Source: Anolis carolinensis (Eukaryota). From it: a stretch of DNA of 64,000 nucleotides. The notes beneath the pieces are model-generated. The model worked only from the letters and a program-made list of their open reading frames with translations. It was not told the origin of the DNA and made no database searches. The translations under genes and the position numbers were made by a program. Shown here in pieces: positions 24,346-37,194 of the stretch. How positions within the stretch are numbered: the stretch's first letter is position 1; each line of letters opens with the position of its first letter. Where the stretch lies: assembly GCF_035594765.1 (NCBI RefSeq), contig NC_085843.1, positions 135,819,971-135,883,970 of the forward strand. The letters run 5' to 3'.

Positions 24346-27300
24346 TCATTAAATTAGTACCAAATTATTTGAGGCACAAATTCATCAATTTATATAATAA
24401 TAAATATAATTATAAATTATCCCAGAATATACACATATATAAATATATTCAAAATAAATACTCCCTTATAATCAATTAATCCCTCAATAAAACAAATTTA
24501 ATGCCAATTAATTCATCTAACTATGCATAACTCCATTGAATTAATGCTAAAATGAATTTATACTTAGCTATCATCATAATCAATTACCGACTGCTAGATT
24601 ACAAATGCATTTGATTGTTCTCCCTTACTAACCTAACTATTGCCCTCAATTAATATGGCCACTGTGCCAACAAAATGGCTGCTTGCCCAAACTAAACATG
24701 GCCACCGACACTAAACCAGGCAAAGCTTAAACAAAATGGTGTACATGACGCCCCTGACGTAGCTGCCATGCCCATATCAAAGATGGCCGACAACTTAAAA
24801 TGGCTGCCATTAAGCCTGACTAATGTTCCCACAAGCAACATGGCCGCCGATCCATTTCCAACATCATTCCCTTAAACAAAATGGCCTCCGCACCACTTTG
24901 GCTTGCTGGCGCCAGAAAGTAAAATGGGCGACTTGCCCTTAAGCAATATGGCGACCGATATGACAGCCCTAGAAAAAATCGCGGTAAAATGGAAAGCCGA
25001 TAGGGCGCGAGATTGAAAAAAGACCGCCAAACCTAATGGCCGTCCAGATCGGCCCAGCAACAGGCCAGAAATCGCGCCATTCCAATGCTCCCAAATCTGC
25101 CTAGCAACACCTCACTAAGCTTAAGCCCTCAAAATAGTAACCCTGGACCTCTTCCATCCATTATACAAACAGATCCATAACAAGCAATACTACGTAGATC
25201 CTACAATCAATCCAACATCAACCTACACCAATCCCAAATTGCACAGTAAGGCAATTGAAACTAACTTAACATAAAACAAAATGATCCATATATTTCAAAC
25301 CAAAATCTCAGCCATAACTTGATCCATTACCCTGGCCAAACAGGCTCCAAGTTAACATAAGGAAGGAAAGAGGAGGAACGGAGAGGAGGCGTGCAGACTC
25401 CGCACGCACCCACCTCCGCACCAAGCCCTCCAGAAATAGGGATGGAAGCAGTCTTAAACTTTTTAATCATGCTGCCGTCGAGGGAGAAGCAAGGAAGCAA
25501 GGAGGGTAAAAAACCCTGGCTCCCTTGCCTCAGCCTCACACCGGCCAAATACAGACCTCAAAGCTGCACTAAACCAAGTGAATAAAGAATTCTCCCTCGA
25601 CGACTTCCAGTCCCTGAAGGAACAGGAGCTCCCACTTTCAGATCCTCTCTCATCGAAGCTCCAAAAGTGAGTGATCTAAGAGGCGGGCAGCTTCCTAAAA
25701 GCCCTGCCCCCTTCTAGAAGTCTCTCCTTCGTTGGGAGGGGGCAAATCCACTTCCCTCCCCCAGCTGCGCAGTGGGGGGGGGGGGTTATTATGACAGGGA
25801 AATGTCAACTTCTGGTATCTTGAGGATGTCACATATAGAAACTTGACATAATTACATTTAGTTCCAGCATCTGGGCTAAATAAGATAGAAGGAAATCTGA
25901 TAAATTTGCAAATTCAGGCATAACATTTCATACTTTGATCTCTTATTTTCCTGATTTATAGATATATGTTAAATCAGATAGCTATCCAATTCTTTTTCAT
26001 TTGTATTTTTGAATGTTGATGCTTTATAAATGGAAATCTACAAAATCATAACAGTGTTAGAAACCAGTCGCTGTAACAGATTCTGAATGTACATAGAATT
26101 CAACAATGATAAATTAAGGAATAGGCATAAATATTTTTTTAAAATTAGCATAACATTAACCTGTATATTACTGCCATTAATGCTTTACAAAAACTCATCC
26201 CAATGGATAATATCATCATTAGTATATTTAGGCATGAACAAGTCAAAGTTAAGCACTTTCACATCTCATTGACTTTGATAGGAGAGCTTGAAGATCTTAC
26301 AAAACTGTCCTTTTCATGTAATATGGCTTGAAAGCAGTCTACTTTACTCAGATGTCGTGAAATACACGCCAGTAATATTCATAGCACAGCCCAACTAATC
26401 AACCATGTTCCTTTTCTACTGACATCCAGTTTATTTCCAAAATCTGCAAATCATGCAATCTGGGAAAAACTATGTTAAAATTAAATCACTGTACAGAATA
26501 TGTGTAATAAATTGGACAAATGTTCACTATCAATTGCAAAATGAGCATTATTGTTCCATTAGTAACTGAATTGGTTCTTAAAAGGAATTTGTATTATATT
26601 GCCTTTCTTTATTTTAATATCCAGCTATTCAATAAATTTCAGTATATGGTGGATTTATAAAACTGTCACATAGCTTTGAAGGGGAACTTGAGCCAAACAT
26701 TAGTGCTAAATAAAACTAAATTAAATTGTTTTATTAGTATGAGTATTATCTGTTAAATTGCTAAAACGTTATAGCAATATACCATCAAGAGCTGTAACTG
26801 TATACAGAACAGTTGATAGATCATGCTAAGCTAAATTATGGAAAAGAGCAGCTGTTCCTAAAGATGTATAGAGTTTGCTTAACTCTCCCTTTGAAATAAA
26901 CATGATTAAAATGTGTCTAAACATATCTAGAGTATATCCTCATATTTACATACCACTTCCATAAATTCTTAAATATAATATTTGTTTGGGCATTTCTCCA
27001 TTGGATGAAAGGCAGACTTTACCATTCAATAGTTTAGAGGACCCATGGCTTTGTATATTTCTAACCCCCCCCCCAAAAAAAAACCCCCCAAAAAAAACAA
27101 CAACCATGAAGCTTTCTGGGACATACTGCCTATTGTAATTCCCTGCCTATGAAACTTTTCTGGAAGTGGTTTTGCTTTCTGTATGATTAAGGGTGTGATT
27201 CTTCACTGTTTTGGCTTGAAGAAAGCAATACACCATTTTAGCCATTTTCTTCCTATGGGGAAAAAAGTATTCAAAAGCTTCTTAACCATTCAGGAATTAT

Positions 27301-27435
27301 TCTTTTTTTTTCATTATTTTTTTAAAGAAACATAATACATCAGGAATTATTCTACACATAATTGGTATGTGGCGTTTTGTGCATGAAAAAATGTAATTTT
27401 CCACATAGAAAATATTTTCTATAATATAATGTATA

Positions 27436-27445
27436 TGCGCGAACG

Positions 27446-27514
<69 letters not shown>

Positions 27515-27532
27515 GGAGGGAGAGGGAGAGGG
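27436..27532. repeat. Compound microsatellite (CG)n(CA)n(TA)n(GA)n
   Basis: Directly visible. Confidence 0.95.
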
Positions 27533-29461
27533 AGTATAGTTGCTTCCTGCATTAAACATTTTAATTTTCGACAACAATCACATGTGGATTTCATGTGGAG
27601 AAAGTCCAAACTATGAAGATTCTCATCCTTCTCAACAGTCTTCTCACCTGGGTTTCTTAACACTAAAAATATTATAACCATTTTATGGTAGCTCTATAAA
27701 GTTGATTCCTCATTAGCCATTAAAACAATCACAATTGCACCACAACATTTACATGAAAGGGTATTTGGAAGAAAGACAGAAACCCTAGCTGTTACACTAC
27801 TAAAAATAATTTCATCTGCATATTGGTTCTTCTGGGGGGGGGGGGGGGGGGGGGTGGTTCCGGTAAAAGTTAGGATACATCCCTTTATATATGCAATATA
27901 ATTTAGGACAAGAAAAAGATAGATTTTTTTGCATTTAAATTTAGTTTCAGGGGATTTTCAACTGATCCTGGTACTTAGCAATCTGCTTGAGCTTGTGTCA
28001 CTAGGGAAATGTTTACTTAAATTTTGCAATCCATCTATCTGGGTTATAGCCTTACCATAGCTTCAGGTAACATTTAAGAAAAGTTCAGAAACCTAGGAAT
28101 AGCTTAGCACGATTAGATGTGGGAATACTTTTGGTTATTTCAAATTGTAAGAGGCAGAGGACAGCCACATGTGCTTATGACTCCAAAGGTTTTTGTGGAT
28201 TTCATTTTAATGCTGATTCAGTCTTGTAACAGGAACTTTATTAAGGGTTTCTGCTAATATTTTTCCAGTTTAGATTTATTTTTGCCATTATATATTAATT
28301 AGGGGATGGAATATAAAAGCAATCATGGTCATAATGTTGATGATGATGAGCAGCATCCATATTCCAGTTTTTCTTCAAAGAATTCAAAGGAACGCAATTT
28401 TCTCCCTTCTGGTTTTATCTCTAGTTTAGGTGGAAAGAGGAATTGCTCCAGGACTAATATATGAGTTTAACATTTGAGCAGAGACTGGAACATGAGTATC
28501 TTAATTCAACACTCTAGCCCAGATGTTTCCAAAGCTTCATCTTTGCAAAATGTTGAGTTAAAACCTCCCAAATCCCTATCCAATAATTTGAGTTACTGGA
28601 AGTGAAGTCTAGAAAAATACAGGGGCTCTAATTAGAGAACCACTGCTCTAACTACTATAGTACATTTGGTGTCTCTGGTATTCATAGAGAACCAATGTGG
28701 TCTCCCTTCCAAGGCATTGAATAGGCATATCTACATTACTTCCTCATAAAAGTACAGCCCATTATTTGGGAGGAGAATTAGCTCATTTTAAAAATGTTAC
28801 AATTTGACTGGGTAATGTGAGACATGGATGCCATGCATGATCAATCAGAAATAAGGGTAGCTGTAGCAACCTAGGACTTTATCAGACAGGAAAGAGGGAA
28901 GTGGGGGAAAGTAGGGGGAAGAGGTGGGAACAGTCTTACCCCATTTTCTGCCAGAAAGGTCCGTCTTTGGGGATGACCAACCATCCCCATCTTCTTCCTG
29001 CTTTCCCTCACTTATCCCCACTTTCTGAAATCAGAGTCAGGTAGCACCTGACATCTGAAAATGGAGTCTTTTCTCCATTGTAATACACTGGATTCTCACC
29101 GGTGGTCACCAGAAGTAACCGTGTGTCATGGCATGGCCTCTGTGGGACTCCGTTTTACTAGCATGCTAAAATTGAGATAAAACTGAGGAAAACGTCCATG
29201 TAATGAGGTCCCTGGAAAGGATTGAGAGGTTCAATAGCCATGGTTCCTTTTTATTCTCTAATTTGTTTGTCTTCAGAAGTGCAGGACAGTGTACAAAATA
29301 AGGAATAAATAAAAGTATTCCTGTACATGCAACCCAGTTTGTCATGAAAGAAAAACAAAATCAATATGTGAGGCGAAAATGGGCTAGGAATTCTTTCAGG
29401 CTTGTAAACAAGTTCAGCAGACTCTATACCAAATTTTGCAGATGTAAACAATTTTGTGATA

Positions 29462-29796
29462 CAGTTTAAATAACCCTTATCTGAAGTGCTTGGAATCAGA
29501 TCCGCTTTGGGTTTTGGAATTTTAGAGTGGGGTATTTTGTATATTTACTGGTATACTTACAGATATGTACAGATATGTAAGATATGTTAATGATGAGACC
29601 CAAGTCTAAACACAAAATCATTTATGTTTCATAGACACATAGCCTCAAGGTAATTTTATACAATATTTTATGTACGAAACAAAGTTTGTGCACAATGAAC
29701 CATCAGAAAGCAAAAGTATCCCCATCCCAGCCATCAATGTGTACAATTTTGGATATTAGAGTATTTCAGAGTTCCAGATAAGGGATGTTCAACCTA
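29462..29796. mobile_element. Old Tigger/pogo-like MITE
   Basis: Imperfect TIRs cagtttaaataacccttatctga / ccagataagggatgttcaaccta with TA flanks. Confidence 0.6.
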
Positions 29797-31471
29797 TAGT
29801 TTTTTCTACATGTATCTTTTAGTCTTCAGGGATGTTTAAAATCATTATGATATGTTATGCTGGTGTAACTACACTACGTTGGCATGTGTGGTGGCAACTG
29901 AGGAACCAAGGCCACACGCAAAGTGACTGTGAAGAAAGTCTAATGTTCAAGAAATAGCCTTTTTTGAGCTGGCAATTTGTTTCTGTCTTCCCTCATTGCA
30001 GCTGCAAGGCCCTGGAAAAAGTGCAAGCTCTAATGTTCATGCACCAACAAGATTTTTTTCCTAAAGGTTCTGGTTGTGTTTGGGTTTGTTTAAATAAAAA
30101 GATATTTGTGATGATCTCATAAACTTGTAGACTGCCATGCAGCCATGAAGTAGCTCCAGAGTGACAAGACTCCATGATTCAAACATGCCTGATGGTACAT
30201 TTGGCAAAATCCTTAGCCACTGAAGAGTTAGAAACCTTCAGCTTTTATACACTACATGAAAACAACACTTTTGTCAGCAAGTGCGTAAATGTTTATTTGA
30301 CTAATTGGTTTAGATGTTTAATGGCTGGCTTAATCAGCTAGCGTCTTTATTATTCATTATGGAAGATGCTAAAACAGTCTTCTTCCTCTTTTACATTAGC
30401 AAAATGTGTTTTATTTTTCCCTTGGCAATTACTGCTTTGAGTTCAGTTTGCTCGGCTTGTTTAGAATTTAAATATCTCCATTATTGCTACTACTTGGGTA
30501 AATTTAATAAATTGTCACTATTTTGTGGTTATTCAGAAATGTAATAATTCAACTGATAATGGCTGAGAACGAATAAAAAAGTTTTTAACACTGATCATGG
30601 CTTATCTATGTTGGACATGGTGTACCTTATAACAATTTGAAGCAGTTGTTTTTAACAATCAAGCAGCTCCCAAACTATGTAGCTATACAGAATAAATTTA
30701 ACTTATCCATATGATAAGAAAGGGAAGGGAAGGTGGGAGTCTAGTTGTAGTTTATTATATAATCACTGGGAACTAGACTGGTGCACATGGTTTAGTATTT
30801 CCCTATGGAACTGAAACATCGTCACATGATGTTCCACCATATGCTGGTAAATTGAACCAGAAACAATCTCTCCATGATTTGCATTTTTGTTTTTTGTTAT
30901 ATCTAAAGAGGAAGCCTGTGTGGGAGATATGTGAAAGCTTTATCATGTGATAAATGGCACTATACAGTGGTAAAGCACATACTTTGCATGTAAGAGGGCT
31001 CAATCCCTGGTAGCACTAGTCTCCAAAAGAACACATGAGCTTCCTATTTGTATACTTCAAAAATTTCTTCACAGTAAGACAGATTTCACTACAATCGGGA
31101 CTGACTATAAAGCACCAGTAGTCACTGGTTTTTACATCAGGATATAATCAGTCCACAGTGGGTTATATTCCAGACTTGAGAGAGCTGTTGAAGATGCTGA
31201 ACATATTTAGGGGATAGAATTCAGCACATGGGATATTTCCTTTCAAGTCAGGAATATAACCAAAAGCAGATTCATCTCATCTCTGGCATGAAAGACGTCA
31301 CCACTAGAGACCAGATGCTGAACTTAAGAGATATGGGTCTAAGCCCTATTTCTATTATGAACTTGATGAGTAATTGTGAATAAATTTTATTTCAGGAAAT
31401 AAATATGAAGAGAGATTATAGAAAAGATGGTTGTTATTTACAAGTTACTGGTTCAGAAGATACCTCAGAGC

Positions 31472-31758
31472 CAGGCATGTAGCCGGGGGGGGGGGGGGGC
31501 TTGAGGGGCTTCAGCCCCCCCCCCCCCAAATTCTCAGGGTGGTCCGCGAGAAGGCCTTACATTTATTATTTAAACTGTTGTTTATTCGTATCATGATCTG
31601 ATCACCATGCTCAATATATCCCATATCCATGGGGGTACTGGGATAACGATACAAAAGGTTTGCTAGGGCACATCCTCTCTCACTCAGACTCAGCCCCCCC
31701 CCCCCCCCAAAACCAAAATCCCAGCCCCTCCCAAACCAAAATCCTGGCTACGGGCCTG
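31472..31758. mobile_element. hAT-type MITE
   Basis: TIRs caggcatgtagcc / ggctacgggcctg. 8-bp TSD ctcagagc / cttagagc. Confidence 0.85.
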
Positions 31759-32219
31759 CTTAGAGCTATGTATAGTGAATGCACTTATTGAACTGTGGTG
31801 TCCAGAATGAGACTCCGTATTCCAGGTAAGAGTTGACCAAAGCAGAATAGAGTGGAGCAGTGTAGACTCATATAATCCAGCTCAAAGCAGATGATCTGGA
31901 TGTTATATGGCAGTGTAGAAAGGGCCTTAGTTTGAGTCAAAACTGATGCCTCCACAAGGGTGATGAATGTATAATTGCTATGATCTCCAGAATTGTGATG
32001 AGTTTTTTAAAAAGCTGTTGTGCGTCCCAAATTAATCATAGTGCCTGTATTGGTATGAAGATAACACTTTTCAAAAACGTAATTATTGATCTGTGTTAAA
32101 GCTGAAGCAGATAAAGTACATTCTTGTACTTAGAGTTTGTGGATGAAATAGTTTTCATTGTGTAAGTTTAGAACAAGACTCATTTGATAGGTCTAAATCA
32201 ATTATTATCAACTAGTGAG

Positions 32220-32333
32220 TCCCCAGATATTTTGGCCTTCACCTTCCAGAAATCCTAACAGCTGGTAAACTGGTTGGGATTTCTGGGGGTTGTAGATCAA
32301 AACACCTGGGGACTCACAGGTTAAGAACCACTG
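32220..32333. mobile_element. Partial hAT (Charlie-like) MITE
   Basis: Palindromic core ccagaaatcc...ggatttctgg and terminus caggttaagaaccactg. Confidence 0.6.
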
Positions 32334-32803
32334 ATCTAAATCTAGCAGTGCAGAAGGGGCAGTTTGAAGATTGTACATGGAAGGTTTGAGTTAAAAAGCT
32401 AAGATATTACTTACCTATATGAGTTCTGAGTTTGGTGACTGGTCTTCCACAATTTGTCACATATTGGTTGATGTTTGCATTTTCATATCTTATAGATTTT
32501 ACAATAGTTAATTTTTTAACAGATGATTTGATTTCTCTTTGCACAATAGCTTTCAGAAACTATTCATTATGGGATGGTGTCAGGTAAGGGCAAAGCTTTA
32601 ATACACCCTTTGACTTAGCAAAAGTACAAGATGATTATAGTTTTTTTTAATTTAAATTAATATTTTCAGTACATTCTATTCTAATGTGGCTCAAAAGGTC
32701 TCTCCTGGGGCAAGCTAGTAGGGACTTTGTAGTAATCAGATAGGAAAGAATAAAATGCAAGTGAGTGTGGCTGATTACCAGAAGGCAATGAAATGGGGTG
32801 TTA

Positions 32804-32868
32804 TGTCAGCTATTAATGTCAGTTGTGTCAGTTATTAATGTCAGTTGTGTCAGTTATTAATGTCAGTT
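32804..32868. repeat. 22-bp tandem repeat, 3 copies
   Basis: (tgtcagttattaatgtcagttg) repeated ~3 times. Confidence 0.9.
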
Positions 32869-34734
32869 ACTACTAGTCACTTAATACCAGGGAGACAAAA
32901 AGGAAATGAGAAGTGTGGTTGGAAGAAGAGTTGGAGCTTTAATATTGACCAAATTTTAAGAATTGTAATGGCATTTTAATGTATTGTGCTTGTGAAATAA
33001 ACTCTATTTTTGTTCTTAAGGGAATTCCTGAATTACACTGTTTTGCTTTTGGAATTGTTTTGACATTATCCACAGTTTGAATGCCCCACTCCTTGGGCGC
33101 TGAGTGACTAAATTATTGTGTAAAAAACAAAACCAATTTTAGTATGTGGGGTTTTTGTTTTGTTTTGTGGGGGAAAGGGGTTTACACAGGGAAGAAGTCA
33201 AAAGAGGAAACTATAAGAAAGCAACTTAGAATTCAATCACAGCAGGGATTGAAATATTCAACAATTTCATCCTTGCAAGTAAGAAGAAATAATTTCCTTA
33301 GTTCTCTCTATGCTGGCAGAGAGAAGGGGAAGGACTGACTGGGCTATTATCATGAAGTATTTCCAGATCAATCAGAATATAATGCTTTGTAGAGAACAAG
33401 TAGAGGTTGAATGTTGAGCAATGGCAGTTAAAGACATGTCAAACTGCATTATTTCTAATGTAGAACCAGCATTAGATATATCTATCCCCATTATACAGTT
33501 ATATCAATTTCATGCCAATTTAATTGTCATGGCTACACACTAAAGAAGTCTGGCTGTGATACTTAGAATACTCAGCTAAAAAACTCTAATCCAATACTAG
33601 GAGCTATTTTTTTTAATGCTGAGTGGCTGTCTATATTGCAGAATTAAACATATTTACTTCTCTCTTTTTCCCCCTCTCTTTTCTAATGGTAGCTTGGTAA
33701 CTCCTAAGTATTCCGCCAATCTGCATACTGCAAGCTTCTTTAGAATGGAGCAATGACAATCAAACAATATGAATACAGTTGAAAGTTACCCTTTCCTAAT
33801 CACCACCATTCTGTTTACATCTGAATAATTTAGCAGCTGTTGTTTCCTGGCATTTTGGAGCCTGACTGAACCATAAAATGTTAAACAAAATAGGTTTTTT
33901 GGTAACTGAATCTCTTAGGTAGGGAGATCCAGCTGTGGCTTGCAAGCATGGTTGCCAGGTCAAGAAAAATTGAGGTCAAGGATTTCAGGGCCAAAATATG
34001 AGGCATAGGATGACACGTAGTCATGTCACAGGAGGTGATCCCTGGTGATGTCATTAAGCATGATACATTAAGCATCAGCTACTGTTATTCAGAACATGTC
34101 ATCCAAATAAAACACACAAAGTCTAGCAACTGAGAAAATATTTCTCTGCTTAGAAATTAAGTTTCCCAGTTCCTCTAATGGAGTGTACATTTAGTGAACC
34201 ATACTCAAAGGCCCAGGAGACTTTGAAAGCCAGAGGCTCTTTAGAACCTGAAGAATTAGGCCAACAGTGTTCAGTAGCCCCAAAAACAAAGGATATTATT
34301 CAAACTATTGCTTTGCCACCTTTAAATACTGAAATGTCTTTATAGTAGGGATACAAAAAAGAGAAATATTTACAAAAGGGTTAAAACATATTTTTAAAGT
34401 TTTGAAAAACCATTATATAAGAATCCTAGACTGATGATAATCTCATGAAACTTAATTCAACATGATGAACAGCCTCATGTTGTTTTGCGCATACAATGTA
34501 GACATACTATTTTGTGCACAAAAATGATTTGTACTTAAAACAACACTTTCTTCATTGGAAATAGTATTTTCTGTGCAGGAAATAATTCTTCAGTGGAATG
34601 CTGTTTCTGGCAGTAAAATTTCAATACAAAACAATGTAAATGTATGCAACGTAAAACCAAAATTATAAATAGGCCCAAAAATGCATCAGTGATACATTTT
34701 ATAACAAAAACAATGATATTACAGTTGTACTGGT

Positions 34735-35285
34735 GACCTTAGTTGCACTTGAAGCATTTGATCATCTGGACTGGCAATATATGAATGAACTCCTTAAATG
34801 CAAGAATTTGTGGTATGTTCCATAAGATCTACAGCTCTGGCATCTTTATTTCCTTTAGTCAGAATACTTTGCAAAAATCCAGACATTAAAGTTATGGTTA
34901 TTTTTAAAAGGAGGAACATACAATTAGTATTTATACTGATTATGCCCTTCTTTTTCATGCCCCAAATAGTACTTTAAAGCTTAACATGATCTTGAAGGCT
35001 TCTATACACATTTTGAGCTGAAAATCAATTACAGAAGTTCAAGTTGTTCTATTTCAGCACCTCAGTTGAACAGAAAGAGAGCCAGGAAATCTCAGGTTTG
35101 TATCTCAGCTGCTCTACTATTTAGACCTAGGTGTGTGTCTGACAAACTATTTCAATCTATCAATACTTAAAACTGTATTCATATATCAAACTAAATTGAA
35201 AGTATGATCTGACTGAAAGTTTCAATATCAGGTAAAATAACACTGGCAAAACCTTATATTTCACCTAAGCTTATGCTTCTTTTTC
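34735..35285 (+). mobile_element. Very old L1 RT fragment
   Basis: Traces of AFDxLDW and KINY motifs in the plus-strand translation. Confidence 0.4.
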
Positions 35286-35305
35286 AATCTATCTCCTTAA
35301 TGTAA

Positions 35306-37190
35306 GGTTGCTTACCTGTTACCTTGTTTCTTTGAGTGGTTGTATGTGAAATTTGCACATAAGGTAGTTCTCTTGTGCCTGCTCAGTAAGCTTTGGAATT
35401 ATTTTGAAAGTTTTAGCTCTTTAAGGCTATGGCCCCACCAAACCTCCTCAGGTGATATAGCCATGAGCTATAGACTCAGCACCTTTAGCTGCCATAGCAG
35501 CCAAGGAACAAGGAATGACAAGCTGTGAGGAGGGCAGGCAGGGATGTGTGAATTTCACAGACAACCACTCAAAGAAACAAGGCTACAGTTAAGCAACCAT
35601 ATATTCTTCATTGTGGTGTCTGTGAAAATTGTACATATACTAGACTAGCAAGCTACTGACCTTGAAAGGTGGGTGTCATGCCAGTGATGACAACAGAACA
35701 GCTCTCCCAAAAGTTGCATCCTTCCTGGAGGTGACATCTAACTTGTAGTGGGTCACAAACATGAGTGGAGTGGGCCAGATGGCAGCTTTACAGACATCCT
35801 GAAGAGGAACACCCTGAAGGAATGCCTTGGATATTGTCCTTGCCCTTGTAAAATTACCTTTGAGCTGTGCAGGAGGGTCCCAGCCTGCAAGCTGATAGGC
35901 AAGTTGAATTGTGGAAACTATACACACAGAGAATTTCTGTGATTGCACTGGGAGTTCTCATTTGTCTGCTCTATATTTCAAAAACAGTCTGGGAGACTTC
36001 CTATACTCTTGTGTCCTGTCAATATAAAATGCTAGTGCCCAACGTACATCAAGGAGGTGCAAAGAGCGCTCCAAGGTCATGTAGCCGGCATGACTTCATG
36101 GAGTGCTGTTACCTTCCCGCCAGAGCGGTACCTATTGATCTACTCACATTGACATGTTTTCAAACTGCTAGGTTGGCTGGAGCTAACAGTGGCCGCTCAC
36201 GCTGCTCACAGGGCTTGAACATGGGACCTTTTGGTCTGCAGCTCAGTGCTTTAACGCACTTTGCCACCGGGGCTCCTCAAAAAAGATGAAGATGGGTTTT
36301 GAAAAAATGAAGGTAACGCTATTTCCTGCGATAAATGAAAGTTAGAAGCCACTTTAGGGAGAAAAGAAATGTCCATTCTAAGGACTACCTAGTCCTTATG
36401 GAAGTGGATATAGGGTTCATCCACCTGCAATGCACAGAGTTTGCTGACTCTACATGCTTGCCATTTTCCAAGACAAAAAAGAGAAAGGCACTGAAGACAA
36501 TGGTTCTAAAGGAGGTTGCACAAGGGCAGACAACAGTAACTCAAAGCTCCATTCCAGGACTCACAGGAAAACTGGAGGGTGAAGATTTCTATAACTCTGC
36601 AGGAACATCTTTATGAGAAGGTCAGCAAAGCACAACTGCCATCCAACCCTTTTCTTGTATGAGGAAATGGCTGCAAGATAACTTTTTATTGAGGACAGTG
36701 AGAGTCCTGCCTCCAATAAAGAAACCAAAAAATCCAATAGAAGTGAAGTTTGAGCTGCCAGAGGGTCTACTCCCTTCTATTCCATGAAAGTGCAGAAGCA
36801 GTTCCATTTTCCCTGATAACAGTGCTTTGTAGAAGCTCTGTGGGCCGCATCAAGAATGACTCTCACTGGCTGTGAGAGGATGGTGGGAAATGTCTGTGTG
36901 AAAAATCTGCCTGCAATGGACTGTCAAGAGGTCAGCCCTGTATGGAAGGCAAATATACTCTCCTCTGGAGAGATGCAACAGAAGGGCGAACCACAGCTGC
37001 CTCAGACACCAGGGAGTTATCACAGTCGGTCTATATCTTGGACATCACTAGTGTCAAAATAGGGGGTCGAAAGAAAAATTTACAGGAGAGATGGACTCCA
37101 ATGAAATTGAAAGGCATCTCCCAGGCATCACTGATCTACAAAGTATTATTTAAAAACTACACAGAGGAAGTTGAGTAAAAGACCACCTGA
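35306..37190 (-). mobile_element. DIRS1-type YR retrotransposon, 3' remnant
   Basis: YR C-terminus at 35676-35948 (IQLAYQLAG...AFLQGVPLQDVCKAAIW..PLMFVTHYKLD...FGRAVL). ~55-bp inverted repeats at 35306-35360 and 35544-35598. PWCLRQLWF (methyltransferase-like PxWPxQxWF) near 36985-37015. Confidence 0.8.
36069..36276 (-). mobile_element. Sauria SINE fragment (tail missing) inside the DIRS remnant
   Basis: Matches ~3365-3583. Confidence 0.85.
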
Positions 37191-37194
37191 TTAA

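Larger units (their letters stand above)
19536..25785 (-). mobile_element. Tyrosine-recombinase retrotransposon of Ngaro type (gag, RT/RNaseH, YR remnant, SGNH hydrolase); ends approximate
   Basis: ORF order and motifs as listed in the sub-features below. AATAAA near the left (3') end at ~19620. GC-rich promoter-like right end. No TSD found, as expected for YR elements. Confidence 0.85.
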
